Source: Zygnema circumcarinatum SAG 698-1b | Taxonomy: Eukaryota; Plantae; Zygnematophyceae | Assembly (NCBI GenBank): GCA_037447605.1 | Contig: CM074806.1 | Span: forward strand, 2,790,001-2,854,000 | DNA length: 64,000 bases | Direction: 5' to 3' | Shown here: one piece after another, positions 1 to 10,692 of the stretch | Numbering within the stretch: the first letter of the stretch is position 1 | Layout: each line of letters starts with the position of its first letter | Notes under the pieces: generated by a model | The model's database searches: none | Told to the model about the DNA's origin: nothing | What the model saw: only the letters and a program-made list of their open reading frames with translations | Position numbers and translations under genes: made by a program

Positions 1-570
1 CTCGCTATAGTTCATCTCCTTGCATCAGAATCGATTACGCCTGGCGACCTTGAGCCTGTGGAAGCTGCTTTGGCAGAGGCTCAGGTTGATACCGCGGCTC
101 TTCATTATGTTAAGCAGCTCAAACGCCTCCACCAGTCCCTGAGCTCTGCCAATGTAGGTAGCAGAGATGATCTTCTCGATTGGGCAAACCGAATCTACTC
201 CCAGGGAGCGAAGATTGTGAAGGAGCGTGTTCCTATCTTGCTGTCTGCTGGGCGCCAGCTGGTCCTAACGAGAGCTGTGGAAGCCCTTATGGAGGCTAGG
301 CAGGGTCCAGAAACGGATTCATATCTTCTGTTAGATCCGCGCGCCTCAAAAAATAATGCTGCAACACATGCCCGAGGACCATTTAAGGATGCAATTGTGT
401 TCATGATAGGGGGAGGGAACTACATAGAATATCAGGGGTTGCTCGACTACGCCCAAAAGCAGCAACCAGCCAAGACAATCATATATGGGGCCACTGAGAT
501 TTTGTCAGGTAGAGAGATTTTGGCGCAATTGGCAGAACTGGGTCGAAAAATGGGGGCTGGAGGACTGTAA
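1..570 (+). CDS. SLY1: Sec1/Munc18-family vesicle transport protein SLY1, 3' part (gene starts before the window)
   Basis: Open frame from base 1 to the stop at 570. It contains the SM-protein C-terminal signature AIVFMIGGGNYIEY...IIYGATEIL and YLLLDPRA, closely matching plant SLY1 as I recall it. Confidence 0.92.
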   Translation, partial: LAIVHLLASESITPGDLEPVEAALAEAQVDTAALHYVKQLKRLHQSLSSANVGSRDDLLDWANRIYSQGAKIVKERVPILLSAGRQLVLTRAVEALMEARQGPETDSYLLLDPRASKNNAATHARGPFKDAIVFMIGGGNYIEYQGLLDYAQKQQPAKTIIYGATEILSGREILAQLAELGRKMGAGGL

Positions 571-953
571 GGCAAGGTAAACGCAGGAGGGGTAGGTGAA
601 ACAGGCATTTGTTCAGTTGACCTCGTAGAAAACCAGAACACCAACAAATGATTGAAACGAATGTGAAAATTTTGCTCTTCAGGCATTAGGAAAAGCTTCA
701 TTAATTGGCTAAATCTTCATGACTTAGAAATAAATGAATGGCAGTGTTTGAGAACTATCACAAACTTTGTCAGCAGGATGTGGTACATTTTTGTTTATAG
801 ACTTAGCGAGCAGTATTTGTCTTTGTTGGCCGCACGAGAGGAAAAATCTGTAACCTCAGGCAGGTGGGGAGTTTTGAAAGCCAGGAATGGTGCTTTTAAG
901 GACAACAGAATGAAGCTGTACTCCGGTTTAACTGGATGTAAAGTTTAAACACA

Positions 954-2836
954 TCAATTGTGTCTCTTTCTGAGGATGGTACCACCTGGACTGAAGTTGA
1001 AATTGATTCTGGCGGTTTGCTTCACAGGAAAGGGTGATTTCTGTCGGGCGTTCATCTTTGATGATTTAGATTCATTTAGAGTGCAGGTCCATGCAGTCAT
1101 GTCGTAGCTCAAGCCGAGCTTCACTGAAACCAGCTCCGCAGCTCGACTGCTCGACAAGAAGTGGAAGTTAAAAAAGTAACAGTGTGCGGGAGCACTCAGT
1201 TTAACCACAAGCAGCTCTCCCTCTCGCCATCAATAGATGGGGGCCACTTGAACTATCTCACAGGTATTTGTACGTGTTCCAATTCACGAGCCTGTAGACA
1301 TAAGCGCTCACACACAGCTTTTGTTTGGTGACTTGGAACATTTCCAAGCTAATGAACAGCAATAGACTGGACACTGTCACGAACGTTTGCAAACAGATAT
1401 GCATGTAATGCAATACAGCCGACTTTCTTGGTGCGGAGACAAGCTTATGATGTTACTCGGATGTTGCAATTGGCTGGGGACAAACTGCCGCGATAATAAT
1501 AGAAAGGACTAGTCCGGATGATGAGTCCAGAAGGGTGTCCGATGATTTTGCAGTTTTGCAGCAGTGCCATGACATAACCACATGCCATGGCATGTATGAC
1601 TGCTGCAAACCTAGTCCATGCGCCATCCTAGCTCTTCAAGAGAAAGCAAAGTCCTTGCAATATGGATCAAGAACCCTCGTTGCTCCTCAGCGCAAAGACA
1701 GTGGGCATCTTTGTTGTGCTACAAAGTACAAAACGAAGAAAGAACAAAATAGTTGGAATTCAACACACAGTAGTTTCGGATCACCATATGGATTGGAACT
1801 TTTGACATACTGAACTTTCAAAGTTTAAACATAGAATGGTGCCGCAATTGTGTAGCATACCTAGGGATGGCCCTAGTAGTAAAGTCGACAATATGATAGG
1901 AAACTAATAAATCCACATCTTTTTTGGATTGATACACACTTTTTTTTGCAGTGCAAGTTTTAAAATAGACAAAAAAAGATTAAAAATGGAAAATTCTTTT
2001 TTCACACGTTTTTTGGATCGATATACACATTTTTCTGTTGGGCAGATTTATTCTACAAGAAAAAGGTCAAAACCCTCAAGAGTGCATCTGCTTTACCCCC
2101 TACAAGCAATTTGCGCTACCCAACAGATGTTGGCGGATTAAGTGCTGAATATCGGAATATAGAGTTCGCTACGTGACAAATGGTGATCGAAGATCTAAGG
2201 AACAACTAAAATCAAGAAGACCTTTTTTTTTTGTAAAATAAAATCTGCCCGACGGAAAAAGGTGTGTATCGATCCAAAAAAGGTGTGGATTTATCAGTAT
2301 AACATTATTTAACATACAGTAGTGGCAATCGGGCCATCCCTGACCGTGTACCGCATCTCCACTTTGCGCAGCATAGAAACGAAAGAATTCACAAACTTGG
2401 TCAAAAAAAGCTTTATAGAAATTCAGCCTTTAGGTCAACAGCTGGCTTTCCCGCCAAAACACAAACTCCGACGGAGCCAGCCAACGGCGCAGACAGTTCT
2501 TCAAGGTGAAGCTCGTTCAGGAATGAGCCGCAGGGCAGAGCAGTCAGCTTCCTCGGATAGCATTCTCTCAGGCATTGGGGACCTGTACGCATGTACGATT
2601 CATCTTCTTCCTATTTCATGCAATGACGCCCTTGGAATACGTGTTCGGCTAAAGGTTACCTCGCGATCATAAATTTTACGATCCTTAGAGGGCAGAAAAT
2701 CTCGCCATGAGAAGGACTGGCAATATATGATCTTCACTGATGCTGCGAGGGCAGCAAACAATTCAGCGGTTGATAGGCAAAAACCCAAGATTTTCAGCTT
2801 CACAGGTGTTGTATATGACCCTTTCGTCAGTTTCAA
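954..2836 (-). other. Possible unidentified multi-exon gene or gene remnant
   Basis: Exon-like pieces with plausible splice sites: ...ASVKIIYCQSFSWRDFLPSKDRKIYDRE|gtaacc near 2660-2750; a 31-nt candidate exon LVNWNTYKYL near 1261-1291; and RAAELVSVKLGLSYDMTAWTCTL...HN* ending at 954. I recognise no family and could not join the pieces reliably. Confidence 0.2.
1903..2298. mobile_element. MITE-like AT-rich element bounded by ~40-bp inverted repeats
   Basis: 1907-1946 (ataaatccacatctttttt-ggattgatacacactttttt) is a near-perfect reverse complement of 2256-2294. A second internal copy at ~2009-2052 (ttttttggatcgatatacacatttttctgttgggcagattt) pairs with 2236-2281. No clear target-site duplication. 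Confidence 0.45.
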
Positions 2837-3214
2837 TGTTTCTGGAGTGCATGTGCCGTAAGAAGTGATCAGTCAAAGCATGGACGTCACTCTCTCTCAT
2901 GTGCTCGTCAGTGGAAAGTCACAGCATGACGCGTCTTTCTCTCTTACTCCCGCTTGCGTTAGTGATTAACGCAGGCTTCTCGTTATCTGCACTTCTTTGA
3001 GAGAGCATATCACAGGTTATAAAGTCAAATGTTAAGCTAACAAGTATGACACAAAAAAGGAAATGTAGCGGAAGGTTAGAGTTTCTGAAAAGTCCTTTTA
3101 CAAGCCTTCTCCTTAAAGGATTGAGCGATATCTTGGATGAATTGATGTCTTTGGAAATTGCATTGCGCTTGTTGGAAGATGAACGGGTATTGCTGCATGT
3201 TAGCGAAGTTCGCA

Positions 3215-3247
3215 TGCTAGTTATCCTTGTTGTAAGGATAACTAGCA
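3215..3247. repeat. Perfect 14-bp inverted repeat with 5-nt loop
   Basis: tgctagttatcctt-gttgt-aaggataactagca. Confidence 0.85.
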
Positions 3248-3651
3248 ACCCTGGCGACAGTGAAGCAGATGCTGGAAGCCCTTTGTTGTAATGCTGTTAA
3301 TAGCATGGAGATCAACAATCCCAAGCACACGAAGACTAGATGTCTCTGCCGTCTCTCCTTTCAAATTTGTATCAGACGCTTAATTGAGGAAGTCAACTTG
3401 ATTTTTGTTTCATTTCAAGAGAGGTATTTGAAACTATTATCGAGAACCTGACGTCTTGAAGAGCGGTAGTGTAAGTAATTTACGGATGCTTCGCTTTCAT
3501 AAAATGCAATTCAGCTGCGAACTCGCGGAGCCCTCCTCCTTTCTCTTGGTGAGGCGTGAATGCGCCAAATAAAACTAGAAACATTTAACTGACTATATCT
3601 CTCCCGTAACAAAAATTTGATACTCTGTCGTGTACATCCTTTGCCTGCCAG

Positions 3652-6600
3652 GAATTCTTGAATGGCATTCTACAAGGCGAAGGTTTACTCCATGGCAGCA
3701 GCACATCCTACTCCAAGTCTCTAACATCTCGCCTATCGGATCCAATCAGCGATGACCATGAACATTCAGTGAACTCGGTTCAAGATTCCAATTGCCTAGA
3801 CAATGATATCAGCTGTCTGTCCGCAGTGGCCAAAATCCTCCTCGTGCCTTGTCCCGTCTGCTCAAAGTCAATACCTTCTGACGCCGCAGCTGCAAATGCA
3901 CACCTCGGTAGGTGTCTGGGGCTTTCATGCTGCTCAAGGAATGGATAGGAACACAGTTCTGCCCCTGCTGTCTTCGGCAAGAAATGCTTCTCTGCGTCCA
4001 TCCGTCATTCCTTATTGTTGAACTTTGTTGCTCTCTTGCATAGAGAAAAGAGCTTCTCGAAAATGAAGATCCGCCTCTCTATAATCTTGGGCCTGAACTT
4101 CCCACGTCTCAAACGGCTGAATGGAACACATCCTCGTAGAGCATTGAGAGTGAGAAAGTTCAAGTCGGTCAGCACCTGGAGATTTGTTTGTAAGCTCTTC
4201 CACCTTTTGTTTCTAAATCTGAATCCACTCTTATTCGCAGATTTATGCCTCAGTGGCGGTGGTGTCAAGCCTTCGTACGGAAGACCTAGCACGCAGCTCA
4301 CGCTGGCCTGCTTAGGAAAGTGGAAATTATCGCGATCCAAACGCCGCCGCTTGATAGCTGACAGCACAACAACAGAGGTGCAAGCGCTCTGTAGTAATTC
4401 TCGTAGCTTCTCACCTGAGGAGGAAGACCTGATAGACATTCATCAATTGGGAAGCAATAAAGGTCCTCCATTTCTACTGCTGAAGGAAATCGTTCAGGAC
4501 GACGCCACACCGAAGTCTTTATATCCTTTCGATGATGCAGACTGCAACAACAGCATAGTGAACAGGTCAAAATTAAAGATAACTTTAGCTGCCGAATTGA
4601 CGTCTCCTATTAAGACAGTGAAATGTACTCCCTCGAAGTTAGCGCTGAACGCCGAGCGCAGAGAAACAAGCGAGTTATATTCTTCAGATCATGTTTCAAG
4701 AGATGAGCTAAGGACTCCGATGTTAATGTCTAAAACTGAAACTCTTGACACTGCTGGAGAGGCAAGTATCGTCTGCAAAAGTTGTAGGTTTCTCTGGGAT
4801 GTGGCAGCTGAAGAAGGCGCATTACGTCCCCAACTTCTGAGTTCTAGCCAACCCGACGCAATCCTGGGAAATTCTTGTTATATCTGCGCATCTTGTTCTC
4901 CACAATTGAACTGTCTTCTGGATAACCCTACACAAGACAAAGGTGGTGTTTCTGGGCTGCAGTCCCTTGTTCCAAATAGAAAGAAGTATGAAGTTGAGCA
5001 CATCCCATCAGCAGTGGCTCGTTTGACCAACAATCCCGCTGATGCCTCTCGTACTGGCAGTTATCTGTCCCTCACACCATTACTGCCAAATCTCAGTGCT
5101 AGCAATGAAATTGTTGATCGTATTGGAAGTTCTCTGGGGACAATCAAGAATTTTGTAGAGATGCAGCTGACGACACAAATCGTTGGTCGTAGATTTCATC
5201 AAGATGTGGCATGTGAGGATGGTTGCCTGGTGGCAGTTAGAAGAGAGCCGGCGAACAGCCGAGATCCCATGGCAATTCAGGCAGGTTCCTTCACTTCACA
5301 GGATCTTGCTCGCGGCGACCGATGTTTTTTCCTTGCTTATTGTAGCTACACTTATTATCATTACCCTAAATCTTCAAGCTATATTTGCGCTGTACTGGTT
5401 CCATTCACGTCTGTCGTTGCTTTGAAAAATAGTCTCAGCCTACACTGCATTTTTCCTTTCTTGGTGCAGGTGTTGACCGCGTCTGACCCTACAGTTGTAA
5501 TTGGTCATCTACCTCGAGCTTTGGCTCATTGCCTGGCACCCCTGCTGGACAAGAAATGCATTACTCTTAAGGTGAGTGGAATAAGGAAGAATTTCGGTAG
5601 AGTATTGGTAATGATAGTGGTACTAGTGGTAGGAATCACATAGATATGGTAAAGATGAAAACTGCCAGTCATTGCAATCCAACGCGTCATTGACCGGATA
5701 TGTCACTGAACTTGAGCAGAGAGGATGAGCCCACTCAACCTTTTGTCTTGTTTTGCAGGGAAGGATCGCATCGACTCCAAAGCATAAATCATCACCTCTG
5801 CCGCTGCAGCTCTTACTTGAGCCTGATTTCACGTCACTTTCCAATGCTGTTGAGGAAAAGGCACTGGTTGAAGCTTTGGAAGCTGCTCAGATGGTAGCTG
5901 CCCATAATACATTCGGAAGTTCTAGGACGGGTGGACGAGGAATATATGTGGACAACTTCGCTTATATGATGCGGACAGTGCTGGAGAGGGATGCACATCT
6001 GTTCACGGAAGAGGAGACAAGACTGCTTGGTGGGAGATTCATTGCCGGGGGATGTTTGTGTGTTTCCTTACCAAGCAAAATATTCCTTTTTTTTGCATGC
6101 CTTTTTTGAGTAGTTGGGACACCGCGGTCCATATACAGAGATTGGTATGACTTCTTATCTAACTTCTGAAATATTTACTTGTGGCTTGCGAAGTGCATAG
6201 GGAAGCTTCTCTTAATATCCTCTCTAACTCTTGTTCTCTGCTGCATCCCATCTCCTTTTCCCCCCCTCCCCCCCCCCCGGTCCCGGCCCTCCCCCATCCT
6301 CCTCTCTCGTTCCTTTCTGTCCCTCTTCGCTCGCACGTTGTCCTTGCCACTCTCACTTTTTTCTCACTTTGAGGTTTGTACGTGCGTTAGTCCTTAGTAA
6401 TTTATCTCTTCACCGAAGTCTAGCATTTTGCCAAGGTCAACATCACGTTTCCAAATTCTGGAGTCAGCAGGTTAATATGTTTGGACTTGTTCTTGCCCTT
6501 GGTCAATGCAGGATCTTTCGATGACCTACCATTCAGTGCGCAACTCCTTTTCATCCGCCTGTTTCAGCGCAAAGGTGCACCTTCTGACATAAAAAACATT

Positions 6601-9600
6601 GTCGTGGAAGCCGTGTACAGTTTGGCTCTGCTGCTAGAATCTCTTTCGCGTCATATGATTGCACCAATTTTCGCTTGAGGGAAGTTACCCTTTCTTTAGA
6701 AAGCGATCCTGATTCTGTTCTTTTCTGCATGCTCCATGGAACACAGAGACACAAACAGCAAAAGCCGAAGTCTTGGCATCTTGCTGCTGACATGTCGCAA
6801 CGGTCGCGTAGCAGGTCCTTGGTTCCGAGTTGCGGCATTACACTACGAGGATGTGGAAGATCACAAAGCCGCAGTGGATGCATTAGTGAGTGAGTGTGAA
6901 CTACATGTCTATGTTTGTTGCTGCATGAGCATTTACGCTGACTTCAAAGAAAGTACATGAAATGAATTACAGGTAGCTGAATGCGGAGTGGGATGAAGGG
7001 ATGCAGAGGGAGGCTTCTGCTGCGACGGAATCGAGTCATCAGGAGAAGCTGGCCAGCTGGCTGCGCAGGATTGGCTGCATCTGCTCCTTGTTCCGGAGTT
7101 GCGAGACCTGCTTATTGCTGCCCGTGTGAAGGTACAATAAAAAATTTTCATCTTTGATATAGAAGGAGCAGATCTTGGTGCATCTACAGAAATGCCTTTC
7201 ACTTCAATTTTCGTAAAGCAGTTGCTTTACTGGAGATGTGTTATCTGAGCGCTTCGAACTGGGAAGGGTTCTGTAGTGAGGAAGTTTGGAAGATGGGGTC
7301 AACAAAAGTTAAACTCGTCTGTTCATGATTCAACGTAGTAATCAAATGTGTGGTTACGGCAGACAAAGGGTGAAGCCGCAGCCTGTAAACGAGAGGAGCT
7401 GCTTGCTGCAGCGAAAGAGGCGATAGAGACCGACGTGCAGGTCTCATGTGGGAACGGCACTGGGCCGGGAAAAAGGTGAAGGGAATATAATGCTGCTGGT
7501 GAACTGTTGGCGTTTGTCGAATTCTTGGCCAGAATACGTTGAAAGAGAAGCTAACATATGGGTTTTTATGGATCTACCTATCCTATATGAGTGTTGATCT
7601 GCTGTCTCAGACACGTGTGGCCGCGGGTCTAAACCAAAGATAGGAAAGAAGAGTGCCTTGAGAGTTTTTGAGTAATGAGAAAGGCTGCACTTTTGTGCCT
7701 GTAGGGTTTCAAAAACTCGACAAAATCTCAGCAAGGCTTTTCATATTCATATTCATATTTTTTTCTCTCGTTTCCCTAAATAAAAGTTGGATGGCTGCCT
7801 TTCATGAGAATTTGAACTTTATTCTCTGTTTGTTGGCAGTGGAGCTGCGGCAATGATGAGGGCCCACATAGTGCGCGTCTGCTTTCCATGTGTACAGATT
7901 GCGCCATCCGTTGCAGAGCTGATGTGGCGTCTGGAGGTTGGTCAATGGCATTTGCTTACCTTTTCTACTGAGCCATACATGTTAAACCTGCCGCAAATTT
8001 CAATGAGCCGCAAAGCCCAATTCGGGCTCGGGCTCCCTGGTGTATTTCGTCTGCTTTTGGAGACAAAAAAAATTCATTCGCAGGAGGTTTTTGTGATGCA
8101 GAGGCTATTTTTCCTTAATGGAGAGCAGGATTTGGCTGTGTTCCTGCTTACGGACATCGGGGCGAGACGGTATCCGAGCTACAAGTGTTTTAGGACAGGC
8201 CCAATATTTCCATCCCGAGAGGAACTATTCGCATACGAAAAGGTTTTCCTTCACCTTTTCATTACCTTCAACTTTCTTCGTTTTAAAATGGACGAATGAG
8301 ATGAGATCTGCGCTTGGTCCGGCACCAAGAAAAGAGTTTTAACACGTTTTCTCATATCTTTTCCTCTGCAGACTCTCCATATGGCGAGTGCCATGAACGA
8401 AGTTGTTGAAAAGGGCCATTCTGCCGCTGTTGTCCGCCTACTGCAGCTTGCACTCTCACAGCTCATAGAACGCGGGCCCGGGCCGTATAAGAAAGAGGGA
8501 CCTTCAGCGGATATGGCACCCTTCAAAGCTCGCTTCACTGCGTCCTGGGTGCTTACTGCTATCGGTACTTTGGGCGTCTCATTCCTTGAGCGTGAACGAA
8601 GGTGAAGTTCAGAAAGCACGCATTCTGAAAACAACGTTTATTGAGTTTAAGTAGAGGATGAATGACCAAAACAATACTTTCACTCTACACTTTCAGGTAT
8701 GGGGAGGCTGTGCGAGCGCTGAAGATCCTTCTTGCCTCAGGATGGAGTCGAGGTCGTTACGGCTACTGGACTGTGCGACTAGCTACAGATCTCGAACACA
8801 CGGGCAATAAAGAAGAGAGTCTTCGGGTGGCTGAGGCTGGAGTGGCCAATACCATGGTGACAGGTGGCGACCGTTTGGCCCTTCAGAGGCGAGTAGTCAG
8901 GCTGTCAAAACCTCCGAGGAGGTGGAAGATGCCGCCATATGCGACAGAACTGAAGAAGACTTTCCCAGAGGTGGGGGTTTCTTACTTCTTTTTTTTCTTC
9001 GTCTTCTGAGTGTGTGTATGGCAATCTTGCAACATCATCGATTCAGAGTTTTCCATGTGCTAGTTGATTTAGATATGGCGGGGAACATGGGCTTGCCAGG
9101 TTCGTATACTCGGCCGACCCCTGAATCGGTTGACAGGGGAGAGGAGTCGGTTTTATGGTTTCGATAATGAACAGTGCAATGTAGAGGAACTTGCTTTACA
9201 GTACTATGCGAGTGTCAACGGAGGAGAATGGAAGGGATTGCACTGCGAGGGAGGCGTGTGGCACACACTCTTTGGCCTGCTTATGTGGGACATTCTTTTC
9301 GCGCCATTGCCCGATGTCTTCCAAAACCCTTTTCAGGTACGTCGCTTGATCTCCAGATTAAACCTAGCCTCGTGTGCTACTATTTCCCGGAGTCAATCCT
9401 ACCTTTGTCTTTGATAGGGGCATGCTTTGCCCACCAACTTACAACTGCTCATACTGGAACTTTGAGATTTATCCCCAGACTGCTCCCCTTGACCTTTCCA
9501 CCGACGCGTTCTTCCCTGCTCGAAAAAGCCGCATTGAAAAACGCATTCAAGAGATCCAAGGTGGGAGTGCTCCAAGTCTATTGGCATCGGTGTGGACCCA

Positions 9601-10132
9601 AAACGAGGGCACATACTGCACAGGTGTCAATTGGGAACGCCTTTCCCTCCTTCAACTCCAAACCATATCTGCCTGCGTAGGAGGGCCGAGCCTTGCTGCC
9701 ATTCTCCTCCTTTTGGCGCAGGACTATGGAGGGTGGGGTGCCGGCATGCCCGACCTCTTACTATGGCGGGTGGAGGTAGAGAAGGTATCTGGTCACGGAA
9801 TTTCAGGTGTGGAACAGGATGCAAGAGGGAAAGGATGCTCAGGGAGGACTGATGTTTTGCTCGAGGAAAAAGTGGGATGTAAAGGGTATAGCCCAAGTTG
9901 TGGAGAATCATGCGGTGTGTCTTTTTCACAAGGGCTTGAAGAGAAAGCAAAAGAGAGCTTGGGCGAGACGTGCTTTGAAGGCTTCAGGGGGACTGCCAAG
10001 CTGGTGGAAGTGAAGGGCCCGAGAGACCACTTGTCGGAACAGCAGCGAGCGTGGCTAGCGGTCCTCATGCAGGGAGGGCTCACAGTGGAGGTGTGCAGAG
10101 TGGTGGAGACAGAGAAGGAACTGAAACCTTAG
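3652..10132 (+). CDS. FAN1: Fanconi-associated nuclease 1 (UBZ4 finger, HIRAN, SAP-like, TPR, VRR-NUC); about 14 exons; first exon uncertain (candidate 3486-3548)
   Basis: Spliced motifs: CPVCSKS...AHL|DLCL; IVGRRFH...REPANSRDPMAIQ|VL (HIRAN); RLFQRK|GPWFR; RLFFLNGEQDL; GYWTVRLATDLEH; ALQRRVVRLSKPPRRWK; LFGLLMWDILF...FQ|TAPLDL; GMPDL...LVEVKGPRDHLSEQQRAWL. Junctions carry phase-compatible splice sites, except one near 7440-7840 that I could not resolve. Confidence 0.93.
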
Positions 10133-10692
10133 AGGGACCGGACCTGGGCTGGCACTATAGAGGGATTGGGAGAGGGAGAGGGTTGCATTCTTTATCCGTT
10201 TGTTACAAGTTACGCACTTTTGTACCGGCAACATCATTTATTATCAATTCGATTTCACATGACGTAACTGCATCGTCAGTGTTATGCCATCATCATGCCA
10301 TACTACAGTAGCCACAAGGACTTGCCAATCAAAGAATCTCCTCTCATTGAGGAATGCCTGAGGTGCAAACTGCAACTACAACTGCGCAATGCTCGGATTA
10401 CATACAATAACCCTAAAACCCTACTTGATTACGGTCTGGACCTAGCCGCAAACTAGTCCGTGGATTAAGAACAAGAGAACATGGCCTTCCTGTGACCTCT
10501 CCTATGTCTATAAACTGCTCCAGAAAGTCAAGAGAGGGAGAAAGCGAACAATTGTTGAAATCATAAAAACCCATCGCCCCCAACTCTCACTGAACGCCCA
10601 GAATATGTCAGGCCAACAGCGTTTCATAAAATTAATAACCTGAATAACCTTTCAACGAAGAGAAAGAAAGGGAAAAGGGTCCCACCTACGTC

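Noticed and set aside
4015-4240. N-terminal part of the 542-aa ORF as the FAN1 start
   Set aside because: It is intron read-through. Splicing 3908-4240 restores the UBZ finger.
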